This document shows positions 1-8,941 of a DNA stretch of 64,000 nt, in pieces (positions within the stretch are counted from its first letter, which is position 1; each line of letters opens with the position of its first letter). The position numbers and the translations under genes are program-made. The notes under the pieces were generated by a model, which was not told the DNA's origin, searched no databases, and saw nothing but the letters and a program-made list of their open reading frames with translations. The DNA is from Candidatus Levybacteria bacterium RIFCSPHIGHO2_01_FULL_40_16 (GTDB taxonomy: Bacteria; Patescibacteriota; Microgenomatia; Levybacterales; UBA12049): positions 1,636 to 65,635 of the forward strand of contig MFNS01000005.1 in the NCBI GenBank assembly GCA_001783805.1, written 5' to 3'.

Positions 1-72
1 GGTTGATAGGCAGGCAGTGGAAGAACCGTAAGGTTTTAAGCTTACCTGTACTAATGGTTGAACGAGTAGATT
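1..72 (+). rRNA. rrl: 23S rRNA, 3' end (partial)
   Basis: GGTTGATAGG...TACTAAT motifs typical of the terminal 23S helices; followed by 5S rRNA. The 3' boundary is approximate. Confidence 0.85.
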
Positions 73-152
73 TAAAAATTAACCTTCTCTTCACTTTCAA
101 GGAGCTAAAAATGCAATGTCATTTTGACATTTTGACAATTTGAAGAAAGGAA

Positions 153-274
153 TTCTCTGGTAATTAGAGCGGTGTGGAACCACCTTTTCCCATTCCGAAC
201 AGAGAAGTGAAACGCGCCAGCGCTCACGATACTTTAGGTGTATGCCTAAGGGACAATAGGTCATTGCCAGGGGA
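153..274 (+). rRNA. rrf: 5S rRNA
   Basis: CCCATTCCGAAC-AGAGAAGTGAAAC conserved 5S core; terminal TCTCTGG/CCAGGGGA pairing. Confidence 0.93.
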
Positions 275-288
275 TTTCTTTCTTCAAA
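270..288 (+). repeat. 19-bp direct repeat, copy 1 (5S rRNA 3' end)
   Basis: GGGGATTTCTTTCTTCAAA, identical to 1741-1759. Confidence 0.85.
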
Positions 289-326
289 GCAAGTCTTATT
301 CCTCACTTTCTTGATATACTACAGAC

Positions 327-911
327 GTGGATAATACAAAAACTATTTTTAGCATCGTTGCCATTCTTCTAACTTTTATTGGTTATATTCCTTATATTCG
401 CGATACCCTACAAAGAAAAACAACGCCTCATATTTATACATGGTTTATATGGGGATTGGTTACTGCAATTGCATATGGGTTGCAAGTTGGCGCTGGAGCA
501 GGAGTTGGTTCTTGGGTGACATTAGCAGTTGTTATTGTCTGTTTTTTTATATTTTTCCTAGGACTTCGTAATGGAAAAAAAGATATTACCAAATCCGATA
601 CTATATTTTTTCTATTATCCCTTGTTGCTTTATTTTTATGGTTAGTTGCTAAGCAACCTGTATGGTCAGTAATTCTTGTTTCTTCTATTGATATGCTAGG
701 TTTTATTCCAACAATCAGAAAATCTTGGAATAAGCCCTACTCGGAAACACTATTCTCATATGAATTAAATTCCTTTAGGCATGGATTAAGTATTCTGGCT
801 TTGCAGCAATATAGCATTATTACTTGGCTCTATCCAGCTACTTGGGTGATAGCAAATGGCTTGTTTAGTATCATGTTAATAATCCGCCGCAAGCAAATTG
901 GGAAAAATTGA
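327..911 (+). CDS. Multi-pass membrane protein (PQ-loop/SWEET-like, two repeats)
   Basis: About 6 hydrophobic helices with repeated 'IPYIRDTL..K..P' / 'IPTIRKSW..P' motifs; TATACT 6 nt upstream of the GTG. Confidence 0.7.
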   Translation: MDNTKTIFSIVAILLTFIGYIPYIRDTLQRKTTPHIYTWFIWGLVTAIAYGLQVGAGAGVGSWVTLAVVIVCFFIFFLGLRNGKKDITKSDTIFFLLSLVALFLWLVAKQPVWSVILVSSIDMLGFIPTIRKSWNKPYSETLFSYELNSFRHGLSILALQQYSIITWLYPATWVIANGLFSIMLIIRRKQIGKN

Positions 912-913
912 AT

Positions 914-942
914 TTGACAAGCAGTAACTTATAAGTTACTAT
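914..942 (+). promoter_or_regulatory. Sigma70-like promoter with overlapping palindromic operator of the TA operon
   Basis: TTGACA(914-919)-17 nt-TACTAT(937-942); perfect 18-bp palindrome AGTAACTTATAAGTTACT at 923-940. Confidence 0.7.
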
Positions 943-1260
943 ATGAAGAAGAATATATTTGTAGATAAGAATGCCGAAAGGGAACTGCGGGAGTTTGGTG
1001 AGGAAATACAGTTAGAATTTGAAGCGTATATTAAAATTCTAGGGCTTGAAGGAAAACTGGATTTTCCCCATGCGAAGAAGATTACGAGAGATTTATTTGA
1101 AATTAGAATTAAATTAAAAGGAGAATATCGCTCTCTTTATGCTTATATAGGAAAATTAGATATTGTCGTTTTACATTTTTTTAGAAAGAAAACACATAAA
1201 ACACCGATAAAAAATCTGGAATTAGCTCAAAAGAGGCTTAAATTATATGAATTCCATTAA
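943..1260 (+). CDS. RelE/HigB-family (Gp49-like) toxin
   Basis: 'FPHAKKI..DLFEIR...GEYR.LY....IVVLHFFRKKT.KTP...LELA..R' pattern; overlaps the downstream HTH gene. Confidence 0.85.
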   Translation: MKKNIFVDKNAERELREFGEEIQLEFEAYIKILGLEGKLDFPHAKKITRDLFEIRIKLKGEYRSLYAYIGKLDIVVLHFFRKKTHKTPIKNLELAQKRLKLYEFH

Positions 1261-1549
1261 TCAAGCTGTTAAAAAAGGAAACCTTATCGCTTATAGCGAT
1301 CTTTTTGCCGGTTATTCTAAGAAACATCAGCAGGAGATTTTAAAGAGAGCAAGATATCTAAAAGCTGCAATGGAACTCAAAAAACTAAGAAAAGAATTGA
1401 AGATTTCTCAAGGAGAATTGGCTCATAAAATGAAGGTGAAAAGGGAATTTATCACCAGGATCGAAAGCGGAGAGCAGAATGTAACCATTGAAACGTTGAA
1501 TCGGGTAGCTGAAGCTACGGGCAAAGAGTTTGAGTTCCATTTCAGATAA
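1247..1549 (+). CDS. XRE-family HTH antitoxin (HigA-like)
   Basis: 'LKKLRKELKISQGELAHKM.VKREFITRIESGEQNVTIETL.RVA' XRE HTH. Confidence 0.88.
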   Translation: MNSINQAVKKGNLIAYSDLFAGYSKKHQQEILKRARYLKAAMELKKLRKELKISQGELAHKMKVKREFITRIESGEQNVTIETLNRVAEATGKEFEFHFR

Positions 1550-1740
1550 TTTTTGAATATGATATTTTCTAAATCTACTTGCGGTCTTTGCAAACCAACG
1601 AAAAGATATAAAAGAAATAATACAAAATTAAAAAACGTAATTAAACGTGCCATGCTGGAAGATGAGCTTACAGTAAATCTGATTAGAAGTTTCTCGAAAT
1701 CTTAATTTCTGCTTAGTCTGAGAAAAATCCTCAAGAAACG

Positions 1741-1759
1741 GGGGATTTCTTTCTTCAAA
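1741..1759 (+). repeat. 19-bp direct repeat, copy 2
   Basis: Identical to 270-288; also forms the 3' arm of a terminator-like hairpin with AAAATCCTC at about 1724-1732. Confidence 0.85.
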
Positions 1760-1864
1760 TTCAAACTTAACTCCTCTTTGTCATCCTGAAATTGCGCCAC
1801 CTCCACAGAGGGAAGTCCTTTTGGAGGAGCTCAGGATCTCCCAAAAGTAGTTTTTTTATATGTT

Positions 1865-2035
1865 TTCTTTGTACTTTTGGCCGCAAAAGTACCAAAAACT
1901 CGCGAGCCGTGAAAGGTCGCTAAAATTGCTCAGTCGTTAATCGGGTGATTTGCACCCCCTCCTCAACAGGTTTGTGAGGAATCCCCCTGATAACTCCTTC
2001 GCAATTTTTCAACGCGCTGCTTTCAATGCTCGCAC
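1865..2035 (+). repeat. Dispersed structured element, copy 1
   Basis: GTACTTTTG-GCCG-CAAAAGTAC hairpin, then a rod with core TCGGGTGATTTGCACCCCCTCCTC...GAGGAATCCCCCTGA closed by GCGAGC/GCTCGC. Confidence 0.85.
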
Positions 2036-2080
2036 GTTATGTTTTGAATTGGGCTGGGGGGGGTGGGGCGCCCGGGATTT

Positions 2081-2521
2081 TCATTTGGCGAGAACTTTTT
2101 TATTTTTCCGTGCGGTTCTTACTTCCTGAAGTTTCTGAATTCTGCGGAGCTCTTCACGAAATTCTTTTCCCGCACCTTCCATTCCCATTTTCAAGATCCT
2201 TTTTGCTTCTTCAGGATAAATCTTAAAATTTTCAATTAGCGGGCGTTCATAAATAAATATTATGTCTTCACGCCTCTTTCTGGGAATTGCTCTTCCTTGA
2301 GAATCGGTTAATTGTTCTTTGGAGGTGATTATTGCAGCCCCAATTAATGCTCTAATCTGCAATTTTTTTAATTCTTCTTGCGATAAGCCGGGATTAACAA
2401 ATTGTCCAATTTTGTCCAATGCATCATGCGAATGCATTCCGCTCCCGATGTCTACAGTCAATTTATAAGCCAACTCTTTATCCAAAAGATGTTCGGATGC
2501 TTTACTAACTTGTTCACTCAT
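2081..2521 (-). CDS. Hypothetical protein
   Basis: 146-aa ORF with ATG start, divergent from rpsA; no recognised motif. Confidence 0.6.
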   Translation of the reverse strand: MSEQVSKASEHLLDKELAYKLTVDIGSGMHSHDALDKIGQFVNPGLSQEELKKLQIRALIGAAIITSKEQLTDSQGRAIPRKRREDIIFIYERPLIENFKIYPEEAKRILKMGMEGAGKEFREELRRIQKLQEVRTARKNKKVLAK

Positions 2522-2616
2522 ATGCGTATTTTAGCATATTCGGATATTTGGTATTGTTAGGGAGGGAATTTTGTGGTAGAATACTAGAATTGTCAAAAGA
2601 AAGGTGAATTTAATGA

Positions 2617-3780
2617 ATGCAAACATCAACTTCAACTAAAAAAGCAACCTCAATGGCTGATCTGATGAAGAAGGTTGCAGCTGCGAAGACTCCATTTGTT
2701 TCTCCTCACAAAGGCGATATGCTCACGGGAACAATTACCAAATTAACGAGCGGCGAAATTTTGGTGGACATTAATGCCAAAACCGAAGCTGTAGTTTTGG
2801 AAAAAGAAAGGCAGATCATGAACAAAATCCTTACCTCCTACAAAGTGGGGGACAAAGTAGCTGTTCAGGTTCTCAATCCCGAGTCAGACTTTGGTTATCC
2901 GGTTGTTTCTTTGAGACGATCGGTCGGCGATATTACTTGGGACCGTTTGGCAAAATTGCAGAAGAGTCAAGAGCCTGTTGAAGTTAACTTGGATATGGCA
3001 ACCAAAGGCGGATTTTTAGGCACAACTAATGATGGGATTTCCGGATTTTTGCCAAACTCCCATACTTCGAGTCTGGAAAATCCAAATAATCTAATCGGCA
3101 AGAAAATTAAAGTCGTGGTTTTGGAATTAAACAGAGAGCTGAATAAAATTATTTTTTCCCAGAAACAAGTTATGGGTCCGGCGGACTTCCAGAAGTTAAT
3201 TGGTAATTTAAAGGTTGGACAAAAAATTGACGCAGTTGTGTCAAATGTGGCTCCCTTTGGAGTCTTTCTTTCTATCCCGGTTGACCCCGAAGGATCTTCC
3301 CGTTCGGCTTCGGGTACTATTCGTACACGCCTCACGGAGCGATCTGACGGGGCAGGTGACGGCAAATTGGCAGAAGGGTTCATTCATATCTCCGAAATCT
3401 CTTGGGAAAATGTAGAGAATGTTGCCGACCTTTTCAAGCTCGGCGACAAAATTACCGGCGTAGTTACCGGATTTGACAAAGAAAGCAGACGCGTAAACCT
3501 TTCCGTAAAAAGATTATTATCCGATCCGTTTGAGAAAAAATTAGATGAATTCACAATAGATAAAAAAATCAAAGCAAAAGTGATAAGAATTATTGCCACC
3601 GGCGTACTTTTAGACCTTGGAGACAACATTACCGGATTGATCAAGAAAGAAAAAATTCCGGTTAAAACCATTTACAAAGAAGGACAAGGAGTTGACGTTA
3701 CCGTTTCTTCGGTTGATAAAAAAAGACACCGAGTTGAAGTTGCGCCTGTCCTTACCGCAAAACCCATAGGATATAGATAA
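2617..3780 (+). CDS. rpsA: 30S ribosomal protein S1-like (four S1 domains)
   Basis: Repeated S1 motifs ('GFLPNSH', 'EGFIHISEISW', 'RVNLSVKRL'); carries an extra insert of about 25 aa in S1 domain 3. Confidence 0.88.
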   Translation: MQTSTSTKKATSMADLMKKVAAAKTPFVSPHKGDMLTGTITKLTSGEILVDINAKTEAVVLEKERQIMNKILTSYKVGDKVAVQVLNPESDFGYPVVSLRRSVGDITWDRLAKLQKSQEPVEVNLDMATKGGFLGTTNDGISGFLPNSHTSSLENPNNLIGKKIKVVVLELNRELNKIIFSQKQVMGPADFQKLIGNLKVGQKIDAVVSNVAPFGVFLSIPVDPEGSSRSASGTIRTRLTERSDGAGDGKLAEGFIHISEISWENVENVADLFKLGDKITGVVTGFDKESRRVNLSVKRLLSDPFEKKLDEFTIDKKIKAKVIRIIATGVLLDLGDNITGLIKKEKIPVKTIYKEGQGVDVTVSSVDKKRHRVEVAPVLTAKPIGYR

Positions 3781-3783
3781 AAC

Positions 3784-3895
3784 TCAAAACGCAAAAGTCA
3801 AAGGTCAAAACTACAACTCAAAACTCAAATCTTTAAAGAAAAAGTTTTTAGCTTTGAACTGGGTTTTGAGATTTGCACTTTGAGCTTTGCGCTTA
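3784..3895. repeat. Heptamer-like (TCAAAAC/TTTTGAG) inverted repeat tract
   Basis: About 7-nt periodic 'tcaaaa' units followed by their reverse complements; similar tracts at 16297-16399, 47958-48051, 49378-49483 and 50507-50640. Confidence 0.75.
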
Positions 3896-3945
3896 TTTAA
3901 TTTCCCGCTTCAATTTTGAGCTTCATAGGGGTATAATCAGGGGGT

Positions 3946-5268
3946 ATGAAAAAGACTACGACAAGTTTTGTTTGTCAGGAATGCGGTTATGATTCTCCGC
4001 AGTGGCTGGGAAAGTGTCCCGAATGCGGCAATTGGAACTCCTTAAGGGAAATCCGGGTTGCGGAGTTCAAACCTCAAAATTCATTGGTTGCACAAAAAGT
4101 AAATATTGAACCAAAAAGACTTGATCAGATAAAATTCCAAAAAAAGCAGAGATTGCTAACCGGATTTTCGGAATTAGATACGGTTTTGGGCGGCGGAATT
4201 GTCAAGGGTAGTGCTATTCTTCTGGCAGGAGATCCGGGAATCGGAAAGTCGACACTGCTTCTACAAATCGGACTGAAAATGGCAACTGCAAAAGAAAAAG
4301 TTTTATATATTTCCGCGGAAGAATCGGAAGAGCAAATAAAACTCCGGGCCGACAGAATTTCTTCAAAGAAGAATTCCAATCTTTTCATCGTTTCTAGTAC
4401 TAATACCGATTTGGTCTGTGAAGCAATCCAAAAGCTTAATCCGGCATTGGTCATTGTCGATTCAATTCAGACAATGGAATCGGAAAATGTCAGCGGTCTT
4501 TCCGGGTCTGTCGGGCAGGTCAGATATGGAGCTTTTCAATTTATCAAACTGGCCAAAACATTAGGAATTCCTGTGGTAATGGTAGGCCATGTCACCAAAG
4601 AGGGAATGGTTGCCGGACCGATGGTTTTATCCCACATGGTTGATACGCTATTATTTTTGGAGGGGGAAAAATTTACCTCAACCAGAATTCTAAGAAGTTT
4701 GAAAAACCGGTTTGGTCCGGTGGATGAAATTGGGCTTTTTGCGATGGAAGATGCCGGAATAAAAGAATTAACCAGCCCCGAACAACTTTTTTTATCAAAA
4801 GAAAGCGTTGGGGCAGTGTCGGGGAGCGTTCTCTCGGTGACCATGGAAGGCACCAGACCGTTCTTGATTGAAATTCAAGCCCTGGTAGTTAACTCAAAAA
4901 TTCCCATTCCCAGAAGGGTCGCGTCGGGAATTGATTATAAACGGTTGGAGCTATTGCTGGCAGTTTTGCAAAAACATTGCAATATTCCTTTAAGCGGAAT
5001 GGATGTTTTTGTCAATGTTGCTGGTGGAATAAAACTTTCAGATCCGGGAACAGATTTAAGTATTTGCCTGGCAATCATTTCCAGTTTTCAAAACATTAAA
5101 ATTTCCAATAAAGTTGGAATCGGGGAAGTCGGTCTTTTGGGAGAAGTGCGCCGCGCAAATTCCCTGGAAAAGCGCATTAAAGAAGCCCAAAAGCTCGGGT
5201 TTAAAGACATTCTAAGCTCCAACAAATTTAAGACATTAAGGGATGTTCTAGCTAGTCTAAGCAAATGA
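3946..5268 (+). CDS. radA: DNA repair protein RadA/Sms
   Basis: CxxC..CxxC zinc finger, Walker A GDPGIGKST, KNRFG motif, C-terminal Lon-like domain. Confidence 0.97.
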   Translation: MKKTTTSFVCQECGYDSPQWLGKCPECGNWNSLREIRVAEFKPQNSLVAQKVNIEPKRLDQIKFQKKQRLLTGFSELDTVLGGGIVKGSAILLAGDPGIGKSTLLLQIGLKMATAKEKVLYISAEESEEQIKLRADRISSKKNSNLFIVSSTNTDLVCEAIQKLNPALVIVDSIQTMESENVSGLSGSVGQVRYGAFQFIKLAKTLGIPVVMVGHVTKEGMVAGPMVLSHMVDTLLFLEGEKFTSTRILRSLKNRFGPVDEIGLFAMEDAGIKELTSPEQLFLSKESVGAVSGSVLSVTMEGTRPFLIEIQALVVNSKIPIPRRVASGIDYKRLELLLAVLQKHCNIPLSGMDVFVNVAGGIKLSDPGTDLSICLAIISSFQNIKISNKVGIGEVGLLGEVRRANSLEKRIKEAQKLGFKDILSSNKFKTLRDVLASLSK

Positions 5269-6056
5269 AAAATACAAAAGGAAATCCGCCCGCTTCGCCG
5301 CGAGGCGAGCCGGCCGGCGGAAAAAAAGAAGGCAAAAAAGAATCGCAAGGATTTCCGCAAGGATTCGTCAGTATTCTTGCAGACGAAGTGGCAAAAACAC
5401 TTGCCAAAATGCCCAGATTTAAGCATTCGAAAAGAAAATCCAACTCCCCAAAAAAGAAAATAGAAAATCCGATATTTCTGGATACCTCGGCAATTATCGA
5501 CGGAAGAATCTTTGAAGTGATCGCTCTGGGCGTATTTACGGGCACATTTGTGGTTTTGGAAAGTATTCTTTTAGAATTAAAACATATTGCGGATTCTCAA
5601 GATATGGTTAAGCGAGTCAGGGGAAGAAAGGGACTTGATTTCCTGGAAAAATTAAAAAAAGGAAAAAGAAATAAATTTATGATTCTTCAAGATTCGGAAG
5701 ATTCCAAAAATAAAGAAGTCGATGAAAAATTAATTATCGCTTCCAAAAACAATAAAGGGAGAATTATAACCTGCGATTATAATCTGGAGAAAAAAGCCAC
5801 AATTAGCGGAATTTTGGCTATCAATGTGAATACTTTGGCAAATCATCTCAAAATAACTGCTGTTCCGGGAGAGACTTTGCATATCAGCATTTTGCATAAA
5901 GGCAAAGAAATAACCCAGGGGGTCGGGTACCTGGATGATGGCACTATGCTGGTTGTAGAGAGCGCTTCCGAGGATTTGGGTCACATGGTGGATGTAGTTG
6001 TCTCTCGGGTAATTCAAACGACTGCAGGACGTATCCTTTTCGCGAAAAAGATATAA
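5265..6056 (+). CDS. PIN/TRAM domain protein (YacL-like, no N-terminal membrane domain)
   Basis: 'LDTSAIIDGRI', 'RGRKGLD', 'GVGYLDDGTM.VVE', 'QTTAGRILFA'; radA-adjacent as for YacL. Confidence 0.9.
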   Translation: MKNTKGNPPASPRGEPAGGKKEGKKESQGFPQGFVSILADEVAKTLAKMPRFKHSKRKSNSPKKKIENPIFLDTSAIIDGRIFEVIALGVFTGTFVVLESILLELKHIADSQDMVKRVRGRKGLDFLEKLKKGKRNKFMILQDSEDSKNKEVDEKLIIASKNNKGRIITCDYNLEKKATISGILAINVNTLANHLKITAVPGETLHISILHKGKEITQGVGYLDDGTMLVVESASEDLGHMVDVVVSRVIQTTAGRILFAKKI

Positions 6057-6302
6057 GTTTTTCTTAAACTAAGAAGAGGTAGGAATCTTTACCACGTAAA
6101 AACTTTTCTAGAAAAACATTTATGCGCTTAAAAGAGGTAAGAATCCCTGCCCAAGACTCTTACCTCATTAAAAAACGTAAAAGTTCTTGTCTAGCCAAGT
6201 CTGACTTGGTCTAAAAATATCTTTCTTTGTCAAGATAAACGATTAAGTTTAGCCTCGCTTTTTTTTCTTGACAACAATAATTAATTTTGCTATTAACAAG
6301 AC

Positions 6303-6418
6303 ATTGACATTTAGTTTTATCCTGCCTGAAAAACTAACTGTCGAATTCACAAGGGCATTGCTTATCGTACCTGAACTTATATTTTGAGTAACGAAAGCGA
6401 TGCTCTTTTTTATTTTTT
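6303..6418 (+). ncRNA. Candidate small RNA (promoter plus hairpin/U-tract, no ORF)
   Basis: TTGACA(6268)-17 nt-TATTAA(6291) with TGn; stem GGGCATTGCTT/AAGCGATGCTC followed by a T-run. Confidence 0.35.
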
Positions 6419-6438
6419 GGACTTTGCCAACCGACGAA

Positions 6439-6621
6439 TTACAAAAGTGCTACCGGGACACTTATTCCTTTTTCAATTAATTTTTTAAATTGATCCCGCC
6501 CCTGTTTTACAAGCATTTCCATTTTATAGTCGGAGATTGTTTTGCCGGATGCTTTTTTTTGCTTCTTAAATCTAAAGGTCATACCTAAAGGGATTTTATC
6601 ATACGTTGTCAAGTATGTCAA
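6439..6621 (-). CDS. Small basic hypothetical protein (start may be 6582)
   Basis: 60-aa intergenic ORF with protein-like composition; no family recognised. Confidence 0.4.
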   Translation of the reverse strand: MTYLTTYDKIPLGMTFRFKKQKKASGKTISDYKMEMLVKQGRDQFKKLIEKGISVPVALL

Positions 6622-6740
6622 ACCTATAGCATTCTGCAGGGCAGAATAGTCATGACCTAGAGTAAAAAGTGCTTAATTTAGCCCGTCAAATCAGCATAAT
6701 TATTTTAGGTAAAAAAATGTGGATAAGTAGGGGAAACATC

Positions 6741-6831
6741 TGCTCGGGGTCCTGTCGCTCGATTCATCTCCGCCAGTGCTCCCTTGCAGTCCGCGCTGTC
6801 GGCCGCCTCCTCTCTCGCGCCACCCCTCGCA
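6741..6831. repeat. GC-rich structured repeat, also present in frame inside the WecB/TagA gene
   Basis: TCGGGGTCCTGTC...TCCGCC-AGTGC...GCCACCCCTC shared with 51354-51490. Confidence 0.7.
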
Positions 6832-6854
6832 ATTAATAATTAATAATTTGTAAT

Positions 6855-7616
6855 TTATCCTTGTTTAATGAGGGGGGTGAAGAAGGATTTGATGGACAAT
6901 TGATAATCATAATTGGCAATCGATTTTATCCAAAGTTTAATCAGGGAAATAAGATGTACTCTTAGATCTCCAAAATATTCTTTCGGATCATTCCTGTGAT
7001 AATGCAGATATTTTGGCAGATTGGCAAATTTCCCGTAGGGGAGAAGTTTTAAGAGCACATCGGAATAGATGAAATAATCGGAATTTGCCTGAAATTTGAG
7101 AAGGTCTTTGGGAATAAGAGTTTTATTAATCAAAACCGTTTCGAATTGCAGAGATATTCCGTGCAGGGGTGACTGATAAATAAACTGATTTTCCTTGGGG
7201 AAGTCTGACTTCCCAATAAGAGTTCCTTTATCATTCATAAACCGGCACTGACTTCCAACTGCCACTACCCCCGGATTTCCCAGAAGGAATTCAATTTGTT
7301 TTTTAATTTTTGAGCGGGAGGCCACATCTTTTGCCGACATGAAAGCAATATAATCTCCTTTGGCGCGGCGTAACAGGCGGTTTAAAGTCATGACAATGCC
7401 GTATCTTTTGATATTTCGGAAAACTCTGACTTTTTTGTACCTTTTGGCGAAGCTCTTTAGAATTTTGAGGGAGTTATCGGAAGATTTGTCATCGATGGCA
7501 ATTATTTCAATTTGCCGGTAATTTTGCTTGACAAGACTGGTCAGACAATCGGCAAGGAATAATTCGCAATTGTGAACAGGCAATAAAACAGAAACTAAAG
7601 GTTTTTGATTATTCAT
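6855..7616 (-). CDS. GT2 family glycosyltransferase
   Basis: 'PLVSVLLPVHN', 'IIAIDDKSSD', 'AKGDYIAFM'; the expected DxD reads 'SAKD' (divergent). Confidence 0.88.
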   Translation of the reverse strand: MNNQKPLVSVLLPVHNCELFLADCLTSLVKQNYRQIEIIAIDDKSSDNSLKILKSFAKRYKKVRVFRNIKRYGIVMTLNRLLRRAKGDYIAFMSAKDVASRSKIKKQIEFLLGNPGVVAVGSQCRFMNDKGTLIGKSDFPKENQFIYQSPLHGISLQFETVLINKTLIPKDLLKFQANSDYFIYSDVLLKLLPYGKFANLPKYLHYHRNDPKEYFGDLRVHLISLIKLWIKSIANYDYQLSIKSFFTPLIKQG

Positions 7617-7750
7617 AGACTATAAAAAGCTGCGGGGCAGTAACAGAAATGGAAATTACATAAGGAGCAAACATTGTAGCACGATTTTTACCCGAGAGTC
7701 AAGTTCGCAGGAGCATTGACAAAAACACAGGAATATGACCTAATAGATAT

Positions 7751-8941
7751 ATGACTGACGGAAATCAGGATTCAAATTCTCCGGATATGTCACCAGACGC
7801 TCAAATGGGCAGATTTAATGCTGGAACGTGGCGCGGAAAACCCAATCAGGATACGGTTCAAAATGAGGTAATTCAGTCGCCAGCGAGTCCTCTTGCTGCC
7901 GAACCAAAGCCCCCAACGGATAAAGAACAATTTGCACAACAGTTTGAAGAAAAGGTTCCGGGGGGTTCGATTTCCAGAGAACCAACGCAGGAAGAGATAC
8001 AATTAGCAGCTTATCTTGATTGGGTAAATGACGGGAAGCCGCCCGGCAATGACGGCAAAAGCTATTATTACAATGCGCAAAATCGTTTAAGGGCAGAGCG
8101 AAACCTCACTAAAATGGAAGAGAAAATAAAACCGGAAGCGACTACAGCCATAAACCCGCAAGAAATAATCGAAAAAGCAGCCGGAGAAATAAATTCAGCG
8201 GAGAATAAGCCCGCAGCAGGAACAGCTCCGGCGGACAAGACAGCCAAAGACGAAACAAAAAAGACAGCGGAAGAGTTAAGGGAAAAGGATCTAAAACTTT
8301 GGATAGATAAAGCCGGAGACCTTTTACTTAAAGCAGCTGATTCGTTGGGGGGAAATCCTCCGAGACCCGGAGAGGGGCATCAGTATAACCTCAATGATGA
8401 AGATATTGCTTATAAAGCCTTCGATAAAATTGGAGATTATATAGAAAAAGGAGCAATGAATACAGAAAAAACAATAAGAAAACTTGCTGGCCTGATTAAA
8501 GGGATAGGTAAGCGTCACGTGGTTTGGACTGAAGAAATTTTAAAGCAGACAGAAACTCTCGCAGAAACACCGGAAACAGCACCAGCTCCTGTGTCGACAG
8601 AGCCACTTAATAACATAATTCAAGCAGAAGCTGCCGCAGAAACTCAACAGCCGGTAGTAGAAAAAACCGTTACTCCCCCTGCATCCGCAGAAGAGCAAGA
8701 AAAGAGAAGAAAAGAAAACTCTCTTAATTTCGTCAAGGCACAGTTAAAGATGAAAGATGATGAGGGGGGAAAAGTTCACCTTTTTAGAGATGTAGGAGTA
8801 GAGGAATTTCTGAAGGACAATGGTGTTCTGCAAGAAGAAATTACCAAAATGACGGACGATCAAGCGTGGGCCAAGGCTAGAGAATTCGTAGGGACTATGT
8901 CAACTCAAACAAAGAAAGAAGAAGGATTACCTACGCCTTAA
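7751..8941 (+). CDS. Low-complexity hypothetical protein with DUF2934-like motif
   Basis: 'EPTQEEIQLAAYLDWVNDGKPPGNDGKSYYYNAQNRL' resembles DUF2934 (AY..W...G.P.G.D...W..AE..L); shared with 12621..13883. Confidence 0.7.
   Translation: MTDGNQDSNSPDMSPDAQMGRFNAGTWRGKPNQDTVQNEVIQSPASPLAAEPKPPTDKEQFAQQFEEKVPGGSISREPTQEEIQLAAYLDWVNDGKPPGNDGKSYYYNAQNRLRAERNLTKMEEKIKPEATTAINPQEIIEKAAGEINSAENKPAAGTAPADKTAKDETKKTAEELREKDLKLWIDKAGDLLLKAADSLGGNPPRPGEGHQYNLNDEDIAYKAFDKIGDYIEKGAMNTEKTIRKLAGLIKGIGKRHVVWTEEILKQTETLAETPETAPAPVSTEPLNNIIQAEAAAETQQPVVEKTVTPPASAEEQEKRRKENSLNFVKAQLKMKDDEGGKVHLFRDVGVEEFLKDNGVLQEEITKMTDDQAWAKAREFVGTMSTQTKKEEGLPTP

Noticed and set aside
97-306. 69-aa ORF
   Set aside because: Antisense shadow of the 5S rRNA.
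3784-3895. CRISPR array in the periodic tracts or dispersed repeats
   Set aside because: No constant 23-47 bp repeats with unique spacers and no cas genes in the window.
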